From NCBI GenBank assembly GCA_964270895.1, contig OZ185439.1: a DNA stretch of 64,000 bases. One strand, written 5' to 3'. Every line of letters begins with the position of its first letter. The stretch's first letter is position 1. Below the pieces are notes generated by a model. It was not told the DNA's origin. It did not search any database and saw only the letters and a list, made by a program, of their open reading frames with translations. Origin of the DNA: Podarcis filfolensis (taxonomy: Eukaryota). The translations under genes were made by a program, and so were the position numbers. Of the stretch, positions 1 through 12,276 are shown piece after piece.

Positions 1-1058
1 TCCACAAGCTTCGCGCGCCCTGCAGGAGGTCCTGCCGGGCGCGCAAGGCTTGGGGCGGCAGCCTGCAGCCCGAAGCACGCCGGGCTCCCAAGGCTTGCAG
101 GCAGCAGCCTGTTCTGGGGGATGGTGCTGTTTTCACTAGGCATGCTTTCTCCCAATATAAACATTTTTGTACACGTTATTTGGTTGGAAAAATGCATTGT
201 AAAATCCAGAAGTGTGAAATTTGAAGGAAGGCTGTTTCAGTGTGCATGTTGTTTTAAGGAATGTGATTTAGGTAGGTTCATATTGAAATGCAAAGTTAAC
301 CAAATATCTCTTCCAACCCCTATCATGGTTGAGGAAGAGAAACTTTAAACCCGATGCCCAGTTCAGATGACATGCTAAGCCACACCTTGATTTAGCTGCT
401 GCACTGTGCTCAAAGGACCAAGGCAAAGTGGGTACAGGCTGCTCTCCAGAATGCATCAGTTTGCACAGCTTCAGTAAACCACTTTTTGGATTACCATGAT
501 GTGTCAATGAGGCCAGTGTTCCTTTCCTTCTGCATATAGTTTATAGTTAAACTGTAGTAATCAATTATCATTCTTTTAAAACCCACATTTATGAGTTTCC
601 GTTCTACTAATTTTTTTGTGCCCGGTCCCATGAAAATTACTTGAAATCTTTCACAGGGCTCGGGATAAATTTTTCCTTGTGTGGCTAGATGCAAAGGAGG
701 GCAAGGCTCTTGTACCGTTAGTACAAGATGGAAATCTTAGCAGACTGTCCTTTCAACGTCCCTGATTACAAGATGCATCTACCAAGCTACTTTCTTTCAC
801 ATATCAGTGGAAGCTACTGGTGTCCTGTCTTTCTGTGTAACTAAAATTATGCCTGTGTGTGTGTGTGTGTACGCGCGCACCCACACATATCTTGATTAGT
901 AGAGAAATAAGTGTGTCTACTTACCAACACATAAATATCACAATATATTAAGATAATCTTACTATTTATTCTAATGATCTTCACTTTAATATACTATGAA
1001 GATGCAGTTTTTGTCATGTTTTTCTTTTTTTATTAATACAGTTTCTGTATTATAACAG

Positions 1059-1190
1059 GCTTTTCTAGAAATGGCCTACACTGAGGCAGCTCAGGCTATG
1101 GTGCAGTACTACAAAGAAAAACCTGCAATGATAAATGATGACAAATTGCTCATTAGAATGTCTAAAAGATACAGAGAACTTCAGTTGAAG
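1059..1190 (+). CDS. RBM20: RBM20 coding exon (human-equivalent exon 7), C-terminal half of RRM
   Basis: ag|GCT..AAG|gt, 132 bp. Translates [44 protein letters not shown], matching the RBM20/MATR3-type RRM. Confidence 0.96.
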
Positions 1191-1969
1191 GTAAATTAAT
1201 TAGTTATCCTGTCTTACTGTGAATTTTGCTGTTAGTTGTTCAACTGCTTTCATTGCTAGTATGCTGTTTTCAGATAAGCTTTCATAAATTCTTTTCTACT
1301 GTTTTCCCCTTCACCATGTCATTGTTTAGATACCTGTGGTATCATTTATTGGGCAAGCCTGCCTTTTCTGCTTAGACTGAGTATTAGACTAAAGTATTGG
1401 ACAAATAAGACCCCTGATTTCTCCCATAGACTCCATCTGCACTGTGTATACATTTAAAGAGCTATCATAGTATTTTAAACAGTCATGGTTTCCTGCAAAG
1501 AATCCTTGGGAACAGTAGATTGTTAAGAGTGCTGAGAGTTGTTGGAAGACCCCTATTCCCCTCACAGACCCTGTGTTCCCTGGGAATTGGGATTGATAGT
1601 TAACCACTCTTGGTAATAAACTCCTGTGTAGAGAAGATTTCAGCAAAACTTTATCTATGGGGCTTTTCTGTAAACAATACATCAACGGAAACGTGTAGCT
1701 TGTGCCATTGCTGATGAGTTGTGTGACATGTTTGTAGTTTTTATTAAAAAGGCATTTTTGTAGCCGGTGTTAGTCAGTGGGCTCTCGCATGTGCTCAGTA
1801 TGAGCCTGCTGTGAAAGGAGTGAGTGTGGGCTGAATGGAATGTTGGGTGGGTAAGAATAAATGCCCAGTAAAGATGATCAGTTTGGTACTTGTAATGTGG
1901 AATGGTAGCTTCAGCTGCATGGCTGCTTCAGTTCTGTAGGCTCCATGTGTCTGTTCCAGCGAACAGACA

Positions 1970-2133
1970 AATCTGGGACTTCTTCTTTTATGTGTTCTGG
2001 AACCTCTGTAGTGTGGTGGTGCCGACAGAGGCAGAGGTCAGCACAGCACTCAGGTCAACAACTTGGGGTGGGTGCTCCCCCTAAGAAAAAGGTCAACAAG
2101 TTCTGGCACCTCTTTCTATAGAAAAAAGCCCTG
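1970..2133. mobile_element. hAT MITE remnant (right end of the CAG(G/T)GCT family)
   Basis: agttctggcacctctttctatagaaaaaagccctg is the reverse complement of the family end seen at 41685; the left boundary is uncertain. Confidence 0.6.
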
Positions 2134-2679
2134 TCCAGAACTAACCACAGGATGAGATACTATACCATATAAATATTGTCTAAATAATGTGTCTATTAGG
2201 GCTCTTAATAGCTGTAATTTCTCAGCAGTTTGAGTGGAAATGTAAAGCCACTAGCCAGCAATGGATGCTATAGTGGGGCAGCGGACTCACTTGACCTGCA
2301 ACCGTATCACTCCTGCTTACCAGCAGGGGCAAGGCTGGTGTACTGCAAATGCACTGGGCCCGCTTCGCTCCTTCTCCTCTGCCTCCTGGTTTGCAGCAGC
2401 AACATGACTGATGCAATGTCAGGTATTATGCTGCTGCCTTCACCACCATCTTGTACTGTCCTTAGCAACTTCTTTAACCAAATGGTTTCTTGCCAATTGA
2501 ATAATTGTTTTTAGTTGATTAGTTTTCTCTTATTCAACAGTAAGAAACTAAGTCATAGCATTCTGCAAAGTAAGCATAATAAAATAATTGAAAATATTCA
2601 TACCAGTGCTTCTCTTTAAATAGCTTGAAGTGTGAAGCTTATTTACGATTATTAATCTGTATGTTTATATTTGGCTTAG

Positions 2680-2759
2680 AAACCAGGTAAGAATGTGGCA
2701 GCAATAATCCAAGACATCCATTCTCAGAGGGAGCGGGACATGTTGCGGGAGACAGACAG
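2680..2759 (+). CDS. RBM20: RBM20 coding exon 8
   Basis: ttag|AAA..AG|gt, 80 bp. Translates [26 protein letters not shown](R); phase is consistent with the neighbouring exons. Confidence 0.95.
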
Positions 2760-2955
2760 GTATTACACAATGTTAACAGTTGATGGCAGAAAGACGCTGA
2801 GATTGCTTTATAGAACAGAGATGCTTTTGGATAATACAAAAATAGGCAGACAGGAGACATTTCTGCAAGTCTAAAGCTAGGAACAACAGCTTTTACTTTT
2901 TTGATTTGAAATCTTTTTTTTGAAAAGTTAAGAGACTTAAAAATTGTTTGGTATA

Positions 2956-3176
2956 CAGCGGTACCTCGGTTTACAAAATTCATTCTGGAGGTCCATTCTT
3001 AACCTGAAATCGTTCTTAACCTGAGGTGTGCTTTCACTAATGGGGCCTCCTGCTGCTGCTGCGCCACTGGCGCGTGATTTCCATTCTTATCCTGGGGCAA
3101 AGTTCGCAACCCGAGGTACTACTTCTGGGTTAGCTGAGTTTGTTACTCGAAGCGTTTGTAACCCGAGGTACCACTG
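2956..3176. mobile_element. Tc1/mariner (pogo/Tigger-like) MITE
   Basis: TIR CAGCGGTACCTCGG / CCGAGGTACCACTG, left flank TA; same family as 50056-50264. Confidence 0.85.
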
Positions 3177-3684
3177 TGTTAAGAAAATGCATGCTGAAAT
3201 ACTGACATTCTCAGTAAAATCTGCTGAGCACAAACTACAACGTGTTTCTGAAATTTTCAAGAAGAAAATGCCAAATGCACAGACACTGTGAAATACCAGT
3301 TTTAAATAAAATATTAATCCACTTTATATTATTTCCTGTTTATTGTTTTCTATAGTTAAGACAAAAAACTAGTAGATAAACTCATAAATTATCTTTTTAC
3401 TTGTAGTTAAGGTACTTGTAGTTAAGGTATTTTAGTCATTCTCTAGAGCTAATATATGTAGATGGCTGGATATGCATTCAGTTCAAAATCATCAGATTGT
3501 TTGGTTATGTGAACAAATCTTAATGTCCTTAAGATTGTTACTGGATAGTGTAATGTTTTACGATGGTATGAACTGCTTTGGTGTTTCTGTCTTGTGATTG
3601 AAAAGTGGTATAAAATATTATAAAATTATTATAAAACAACGATAAGAATAATAAGTAGCATCCTTCTTTTTCTTTGTGTTATAG

Positions 3685-4381
3685 ATATGGACCTGAAAGG
3701 CCTCGGTCTCGCAGCCCTATAAGCCGTTCTCTTTCCCCGAGATCACACACTCCAAGCTTTACTTCCTGCAGTTCCCCACATAGTCCGCTGAGCACAAACT
3801 GGACAGACTGGGGAAATGGAAGAGAGCAATGGGATCAGTCTTCATATTCCCGAAGGGAGGAAGAAAGAGACTCAATGCCCTGGAGAGAGAATGGGGAAGA
3901 GAAAAGAGATAGAACTGACACATGGGTGCATGAGAGAAAACATTATGTGCGCCATTTGGATAAACTAGACTCGGAAGAACGTTCTGAAGGAACCAGAAGC
4001 TACAGAGAAAAATATTTAAGAGGGGGGTCACCCAGTGCAAAGGGGATTCATGGTTTGCCTGGATATAAGAACAGAGAAGAAGACTATTATAGGAAACCAA
4101 CAAAGCAAAAATCCGATAAGTATTCAAAACAGACACTGGATACAGCTCCAAAGTGTAAAAGGAAGGAAGAAGCAAGATTGAAAGAACACAAGCATTCTCA
4201 CTGTGAAGATCCAACAAGAGAAGAAAAATTAGAACAGAAACCCAACAAGGTCCCTGACAGTATCAAGCAAAAGCAAAGTGATAAGGAAAAATTCAAGGAT
4301 TCTGATAAAAAGTCAGAGGAAGAAGTACCTGATGAGGCTGAAAGAGTTAATGTGAAGACAGGGGCAGGAACTGAAAATGAG
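3685..4381 (+). CDS. RBM20: RBM20 coding exon 9, RS domain with RSRSP motif (3704-3718)
   Basis: atag|A TAT GGA..GAG|gtaata, 697 bp. Translates YGPERPRSRSPISRSLSPRSHTPSFTSCSS...; lies within ORF 3674..4420. Confidence 0.97.
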
Positions 4382-4581
4382 GTAATAAGTGATTTAAGTT
4401 ACTATTGGAAAATTTTATGAGACACACTGTAATTAAAAGTACCTCTTCTATAAAATAACTTGGGTGTGAATTTACAGAATGAACATGCACAGATGTAAAT
4501 TAGACTCCCATCAACACTGTCTCTCCTTGCTTATTTCTACATATCAGATTAAATAATCCCCCCCCATGTTGCAGGCATCAC

Positions 4582-4767
4582 NNNNNNNNNNNNNNNNNNN
4601 NNNNNNNNNNNNNNNNNNNNNNNNNNNNNNNNNNNNNNNNNNNNNNNNNNNNNNNNNNNNNNNNNNNNNNNNNNNNNNNNNNNNNNNNNNNNNNNNNNNN
4701 NNNNNNNNNNNNNNNNNNNNNNNNNNNNNNNNNNNNNNNNNNNNNNNNNNNNNNNNNNNNNNNNNNN
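4582..4767. other. Assembly gap (186 N) in RBM20 intron 9
   Basis: Run of N bases. Confidence 1.
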
Positions 4768-5439
4768 CACCACTTTGTCATTCTGCCAGTGAACAACCTC
4801 AACGGAACTGACTATTTAAGAATTTGTGTGTTGTTTATTTGTTAATTAAGGGATTTGAAATTAGGAGCAAATGTTGTTGTTAAGTAAAATCACAAGGACA
4901 TACAAGCTAAAGTTTCCAATGGAATAGAATAGAAAAAGATACCCAAGAAGCATATTGCAACAGTTTAATTTAGAATTCCTGGTGCAGATTATCACTATGG
5001 AACAGCAGTCACATTTGATAAAACTTGCGTAAAGCTATTTACTGCAATGTTCAGTACAGCTGTATATCCCTGCCCAGTGTATCATTACTTATGCTGAGAA
5101 GTGACTTACTGTTAATTATAATCAAATTACTTTTACAATTTTCCCCATTATAATTATTGTCCTGAGAACTGGATCACATTCATTTTTATTTCATAACTGT
5201 CATAATGTGGAAGGTAATTCACTGATTTTGTGACATTTTAAAATAGCAAATCCTGATAACTCCAGTATTCAGCATTATTATTTTGCTCTTTGTAGCTGGG
5301 AACCTAAGATCAGCTTAAGTTCACAAAGAGGTGGTGAGGGGAGGGGAGGATTGCAGAGTGCAGTAAAAATTAATTTAAAACAAAACAAAACAAAAACCAG
5401 GTAACCCATCTCATAACCTGGGAGAAAGGGCAATACTAG

Positions 5440-5702
5440 GAGCTTATCCACACTTCCTCTTGTTCCACTGTTTTCCCCCAGGGAAAACTGCTCTTTAGAA
5501 CTCAGTTGGAGCAAGCGACAATTGGGTTTTCTGCACATTCCCGTTTGTTCTTATTTAAAACTCAAGAGCAGATTTTCCCTGGGAAAGCAATAGGACAAGG
5601 GGGAAATTGCTCGGACCCCTGCCTAGAAAGCATGAGTCAAGCAGAATATTGCCAAGACCCATGCTTTCTAGGCACGGGACAAGTGGAAGTGTGGATGAGG
5701 CC
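5440..5702. mobile_element. Palindromic MITE, possibly PIF/Harbinger-like
   Basis: Ends gcttatccacacttcctcttgttcc / gggacaagtggaagtgtggatgaggc, with inner inverted repeats (tgcctagaaagcatg / catgctttctaggca). No clear TSD. Confidence 0.65.
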
Positions 5703-5856
5703 TTCACTAAATCAGCATTTGATTTTCTGGTATGTACATCCATCCATCAAATTGTGAAGGCGGGAGGAAGAGGGCTCACATCAGGAATAAGGGATGCAAT
5801 GTAAGTTCACTTTTTATATTACATCTGTCTTCACCCATAGACAATCTCTGTCTTAG

Positions 5857-5952
5857 GTTAAAAAAATATATTCTAATATGGAGATACCCTTTCCCGCAAA
5901 TAAGCAGATGAAAGAAGCAGAAGATTCTATGGAAAACTCAAGAAAAGAAAAG
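5857..5952 (+). CDS. RBM20: RBM20 coding exon 10 (divergent)
   Basis: tcttag|GTT..AAG|gtgaga, 96 bp, phase 0/0. VKKIYSNMEIPFPANKQMKEAEDSMENSRKEK resembles the recalled human [27 protein letters not shown]. The alternative AG at 5840 gives an immediate stop. Confidence 0.8.
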
Positions 5953-6639
5953 GTGAGATTTATACGTTCATGGGCCTTGATATCTGGTGTAAAATTTGTT
6001 TGAAAATTTCTTGAGTCACTTGGCTGCCACATATTCAGTATATAATCAAAACCATGAAAAATACAAACAACACTAAAATCAGATAGAAACACATAGCACA
6101 ATGAAGGTGCAAATCTTCAGGAAGGCAACACATTCATGAGCATGGCCTGTGGTGTGTTGCTTTAAAACAGGATCTTCACAGTTGGCAGCACCTCAACAGT
6201 AGGACATTTCCCTCCACTAGGGAAGTGTGATCATATCTAATACTGTCAAATTTCAGATTTTAGCTGAAAATGTTTTTGTTCATCCAGACTTTGGGGACAT
6301 ATGTTTTGTATGGGGTCTTGTATTACTTTGCTGCTGTATAAAGTTATAATTTTAATCATGCTGTTTTAAAATGTTTTAAATGATTGTGTACAATTGCTGT
6401 GTTTTTTATTATGCTGATGACTGCCCTGGGTTCCATCATGAGGAAGGGTGGTCTATTAATAGTAGCAATAGCCAGTACGGTTATATTAATTTTAAAAAAC
6501 AGCCACCAGATTTATTTGATTAATTAATTTTTGTAAATAGTTAAGTTTTTGTGTGCCCCCTAAAATCCAGAAATGCAATTACAATCTGGGGAGCAGAGTC
6601 TAACTTTTACTGAAAAGAAGTTAATGCAGAAGGCGGCTC

Positions 6640-6725
6640 TCTGTATGGCACAGAGAACCCAAGCTGTTTAGGATTTTAAGGGCAATAAGCAGCACTTTGA
6701 ATTGGGTCTGGAAGGGCACTTCCAA
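6640..6725 (-). mobile_element. Old L2 RT-region fragment
   Basis: gtttaggattttaagggcaataagcagcactttgaattgggtctggaagggcact resembles the reverse complement of the FRAQFKVLVLTFKALN region. Confidence 0.55.
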
Positions 6726-7909
6726 AAGTATTTAGGTGTGGGGATGACACTCATTGTTGTGTGAGGAGGACTTCCCTTTCATCTCTTCCTCCCACAACTC
6801 CCCACATCCAAATCTGCTCCAGAAAGTACCCCAAACCTCTGCATCATTTTATGGGAGTATGTGGGATGCTGCAGGGGTGAAGATCCATTGCTCCAATGGT
6901 GTGTATTCTGCTTGTAGAAGGACACTACTGGATTTCACCCAAAGGCTTTACAAATTATGTCATCATGACCTTTGCTTCTTTGGACAGATCCTCAGACTCT
7001 TTTTTTAGTTGTTCTCTACATACTTAGATTGATTTGAATACTTGGCACTGGCTTTCAAAAATGTGGCATCTTTGAAAAGCTATAGAGTTTTAAAAATTAA
7101 ATCCAAGCATTAGGCTAACTTGTCACTTTGAGCAGGAGCAAATTAAATAAAGTTAAAGTGAGAACTTATTGAATGGATACATAAGTGAAAAGCTAGTCCC
7201 TCAGTCCAGCTCTGAAGAAACATAGGCCAATGTCCTTGGATGTTTTCCAGCATCATATCTTTAGGGTCATGAGCTGATCATCAGATGTGAAAGCTAGCAG
7301 TATCTATAGCAGCAGGAAACTGATCTCCCAAGAGTATCTAACCTCCGCGCCTTTCTAGGACACTAGAAGGATAAGTTTAATAGAGCAAACAGGAGAGAAA
7401 CAAATAGGCTTAGCTTTTATATTTTTGGAAGTTTCCTTCCCCCGACCCTTTACAATTGCTCCTCCCAGGGCATATGACAAAAATTGTCATAACAATGAAA
7501 AATAGTAAGGTCAAAAGTTCAAATGGGACTACAACAGCAGAGCCATAGGCACACTGCATTGGGCACACATAAGGATTCTAACAGCTGATGTGTGCCATAT
7601 GCAGCCTTTTGAACAGAAGCAAAAGTTGTTAGGCAAAACGTTCCTCTGGCTGCTATCAAAATCTTTTTTCAAGTTTGATTCATCATCCATCTAAAAATTC
7701 CTAGCATTTCTGCCAGGCTGTTTTATCATAAATGATAGGGGGGAAAGGGGGCTAGTGAAAACCATACAGATTCTTCAATGCTGGCTGATGCACATTGGGA
7801 CTGGTAGGGCAGAAAGCAGGGAGGCTGAGAGTAGGCAAAGCCAATGAGGGGCAGAGCTGGAACCAGTGAGGGGCAGAGCCAACTAATTCTACTTTTAATC
7901 CCTTTGTTG

Positions 7910-8200
7910 TTATTTATTAAATTGATATATCACCCTTCCACCTAAGATCAGAGTGGTCTACAGTATAAAAACACAAAATATATAACATAATAACAAAATA
8001 AACAAAAATCATACCCCCCAACATATTTTAATGGCCATAGATGGATTAATCAGCCAGAGGCCCAGATAAAGAAGAATGTTTTCACCTGGTGCCTAAAGAT
8101 ATGTAATGAAGATGCCAGGAGAGTCTCCCTGGAAAGAGCATTCCACAAATGGGGAGCCACCCCAGAAAAGGCCTTTTCTTATGTGGCCACTCTCCAGACC
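7910..8200 (-). mobile_element. Old L2 3' fragment
   Basis: gagcattccacaaatggggagccaccccagaaaaggcc resembles the reverse complement of the 3' end of the 39.6 kb L2; an AT-rich tail is present. Confidence 0.65.
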
Positions 8201-8771
8201 ATCTTCATCTACAAGGGCAACACTGAGACACTAAGGAGAAGGTAACACACAGTGCATCCCCTGGACTGGTTGTAAAAAAGCAAACAGGTGGGGCAGACTG
8301 TGGATAATGGGGCAGTTCCCCACTTGGCCTAATGGAACAGCCTCACCTGCGGTTCCTCATTGTTGCGATATACCAGGAGTGGCAGGCTATAAAATTGACT
8401 GAGTCAAAAGTTATGCACAGGCATGGAATCTGGAGGAGGTTATAATAGAGTAGAGAAATTGGATTAAAAACAACTGCTGGTGCCAAGAGAGAAAAATACC
8501 TGGGCTTTAGTATTAGTGCAATGTGCAGGACCTGTATATGGTAACCACCTTGGTCTACAAACCCGAATACAAAAGGTGTGATCTCTTAGAGCAATCAAAT
8601 GAAACCTTAACACATGGCATGATAAAAGTCCATAGTTTTATCAGGACAAGTTACTTGTTCTTTACTGTTATAAGAATTGTTTTCTCACAATTTATCTTCT
8701 GTTCTATGAAAATAAATAAAAACAGCATTTTTAAAAAGGGGGAAGCAGAAGTTTTCAATCTCCACATGTGC

Positions 8772-8793
8772 ATAATAATAATAATAATAATAA
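8772..8793. repeat. (TAA)n microsatellite
   Basis: Trinucleotide run in RBM20 intron 10. Confidence 0.9.
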
Positions 8794-8945
8794 TGAGAGG
8801 GGAGAGAAGGAACGTGTTAGCCTGTGACTTGCTGTGACTCATTATTAAAATAATGAACCATGGTGTGTTGTTGCATCTGAACTGGACCTCCAATAATATC
8901 CTCTTTATTGGCATATTGACAATGGGATGTACATCTTTGTTACAG

Positions 8946-9582
8946 GACTGGGAGAGCGGAAGTGAGATGGAAGCTGAGACCTGGTATCCAACTAATATGG
9001 AAGAGCTTGTAACTGTAGATGAGGTGGGAGAAGACGACCTTATAATGGAACCGGATATAACTGAACTTGAAGAAATAGTAACAGTAGGTCAGAAAGACCA
9101 AGAATGTCCTTTAGTGAGTTCTTTAGCTGCTGGATTACAGGTGAAGAATGAGCACAGCTTATTAAGTGGAAGTAAAAACAAATCAAATGCAATGGAATCA
9201 AGCTTAGGGTCAGAAGAGGAAAACGCAGGGGATCTCCCTGGCTCTGAAGGTGATAATGCAGCTGATAAAGCACTACATCTAAATCTGGACACTGAGCAGA
9301 AGCCAGATGAATTGCAAGAAGACAGACCTCTAAGGGATTCTGATTACCATGTTAAGCAAAGAAAAATAAAAGAAAGCACTAACATTCATTTAAGGATGGA
9401 AGAGCAGTGTGTATCTTCTGATCCTCCAAAAGAAGAGCTCTTCCAGCCAAATGACACACTCGTAGGTGATGATAAAGCAATGGAATCATTAGAAAGCGAG
9501 AGTAGAAAAGCTATGGAAATGCTGGTAAAAAACTCCCAGGAGGAAACAAGCTGTGGAAGTCAGGAACATCAAAAGGCACCGG
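8946..9582 (+). CDS. RBM20: RBM20 coding exon 11, glutamate-rich region
   Basis: ttacag|GAC TGG..CCG G|gtaact, 637 bp. Contains DWESGSEMEAETWYPTNMEELVTVDEVG. Confidence 0.94.
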
Positions 9583-10649
9583 GTAACTAGTATATTTTTC
9601 CTTCTCTCCCTTTGCTAGATCAGTTTTGTTGTCCTTTTCCTGTTCTGTGTTTTTAGTTATTTTGTCATTAAGAGTAAACATTGTTCAAAGCGTTGTGATT
9701 TTCCTAGGAAGAAACTCAGTTGAAGAACAGGACTGTCAAAATTAAGCTTCTTATTCAGTTGTGTCAAGGAAATTAGATATGTATCAAGCAAATGTTCTGG
9801 AAGAGACATCCGTTATTATGGTCACTTCTGGGTTCATACAAGTTGAGCTGAACCTTTGGAGCACCCAGCTTAAATTACTTAGAATTGTTAATGGGAAGAC
9901 CAGGTCAACAACTAAATTATTTATGTCTGGTTGATAAAAAAATATTCCTTAGATATCTTTAAAAGATTAATTTGGCATGAAATGGCTTTTGGGATTGCCA
10001 CATTTCATTCTTTTTTCATGCCAGAGCATAATAATTTATTTTTCCTGATTTGTTTTTGTTACCCATATGTTTCTTTGTTCATGATTTATGTTAATAGTTC
10101 AGAATTTATTGTTCTAGTCAAAGGCCATGGCTGTAGCTGGTATTCAAACAGTGGGATTGTGGTTCAGATGTTGTATAGCCTCAAGACACAGCTAACTTCA
10201 GATATCTTTATCTAGCTGATCTTTATGACAATTTGAATTCAAATGTGTCCCATACAGGCACAGCACAAAACAACCTGTTACTTTTGGCAAACTATCATGT
10301 TTCTCTTCTCAATAACTGAGGCTCAGATTGTAGGAGTCCTTCTGACAGATCTTCAAACCTCATATAGCTTGCCAACTTCTAAAGCCTAGAGTTGCCATCT
10401 GTTCACCTAAAAATTATAGCTATTCCTTATTGAGGTCTGAAGCAAGAGAGGATATGTATATACATTGTACCTCCCAAAAAACACTGGAATGCAATGTATG
10501 TCAACCATGTCATCTGAATTCTCTTTAAAACTTGATGGGGGGGTATTTAGTGTAGAAGCAACACTGGATTGATCTAGAAAATATGTTGGGTTCAGGTTAT
10601 AAATATTGCATGGAAACTGATTTTACTCAGTGTGCTTTTGCTTTCAAAG

Positions 10650-10769
10650 CAAATTGTAGGTATCAGGAAATGAAAACTACTGACTTCCCAGAGGTAGAAT
10701 CCAAAAGATCTTACTTTTCACCATCATGGGAACAAGAAGATGTTTTTACGGAGCTCAGCATTCCGCTAG
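10650..10769 (+). CDS. RBM20: RBM20 coding exon 12
   Basis: caaag|CA AAT..CTA G|gtatgt, 120 bp, phase 1/1. Ends SWEQEDVFTELSIPL(G). Confidence 0.92.
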
Positions 10770-12154
10770 GTATGTCTTATTATAAGCGATACACATTAAA
10801 CTCTTTACAATACATTTGTTTTGCAAGAATACCATGGTATCTGTTTCAGATTATTTAAAAGAGTTACTAGCTTCTGAAAAGAGAAGTTTCTGTTGCTCTC
10901 ACTCAGTTGGCATTAGGCAATATATTAATAGCAGTGTTTAGTCAGGTTAGGCACATAAGGGGAAATAATAAATTAAAAATAGACAGAGTCAAGTCAACCT
11001 TCTGATTTTCTCCAGAGGCACTGAATAGCATTGAAACTGGGACAGAGATGTCAAATACAGGAGGTGAGCCTCTATTTAGTCAGTAATTTGGTGTTCAAAG
11101 CCCTTCTCGTGAATTATGTTATGTAATTGTTAATAAGAAGACTGCAAGGTAGGTCAATATTTTAAAACTTCTATTTATTATTAATGCATATACAATACCC
11201 TGCAAAAATATAATCCATGACAAGTATAAAAGATAAACTTAACATAAATATCAGTCTCATTGTTATCAGACAAAAAAAAGTACATCTCTAAAGACAGATA
11301 CTTAAAATAAGCATCATTTTTAATATGTGACAGAATGTGCCCATCTATTTAATAATTCATGACAGTTTATATTCACCTCTTGAATGTATATCAGACTTGT
11401 CACCTGATCCATTTAAACTACCTTCAACCATTCTGGCAGCACAAGGCCTGCATTATCTTTATTCATTCACTCATTCATTCATTCTATACCACCCTTCATC
11501 TGAAGATCACAGAGCTGTTTACAATATAAAGACACAAAAATATATAAAGTAATAACAAAAAAAAAATAACACACACACAGACTTTAAAAGGCCTCCACTG
11601 GACAGAGAGCCTGGAGAGAGAGAATTTCTATAGACCACAGCAACTCTCCCTCCCCAGCCTTCAAGTCTGCCCTGGTGCTCCACAGGTGGGTACAGCTGGG
11701 TGAGACCAACTCCACCCTGTTCACCCACCCAAAACTCAGGAATACAGACCAGATCAGCCTCCTCATTGACAACCAGGTTAGACCTAAAGGCTGACTAATG
11801 GGACAACCACAATTCCCTAGGTTACGGGAAGGGCTGGCACATGGCACAGTCAGGTAGGAGAGAGAGTAAGAAAAAGTGACTTAGCCAAGACCACTAGTGA
11901 GAGACAATGGACCCATGGTCTGACTCTATATAGGGGAGTCCTCCTATGCTACATTGCTCTATATTATTTTTGATAGAGAAATTATAAATATCTGAGAAGT
12001 GAAAGCACTATACTTTAATAAATTCCGGTGACGCCAAAATAAGTTCAACCATTTTTCTCCCCATGGAAAGAAATTTTCTTTATAAGGCTATCTGATTCCC
12101 ACCCCACCCCACCCCACCCCCTGGTAATAATTGCAAGTCAATATTGTTTTATAG

Positions 12155-12276
12155 GCATGGAATTTGTTGTGCCCAGAACTGGCTTTTACTGCAAACTCTG
12201 TGGACTTTTCTATACAAATGAGGAGATAGCAAAGACTCGTCATTGCAGAAGTACTGTTCACTACAAAAATCTTCAG
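12155..12276 (+). CDS. RBM20: RBM20 coding exon 13, U1/matrin-type C2H2 zinc finger
   Basis: atag|GC ATG..CAG|gtaac, 122 bp. Translates [41 protein letters not shown]. Confidence 0.97.

Noticed and set aside
4549-4811. ORFs containing X runs
   Set aside because: Artefacts of the N gap.
8853-8945. 31-codon in-frame N-terminal extension of RBM20 exon 11 as an internal start
   Set aside because: It is intronic sequence ending in a normal acceptor; there is no promoter evidence and no similarity to RBM20.
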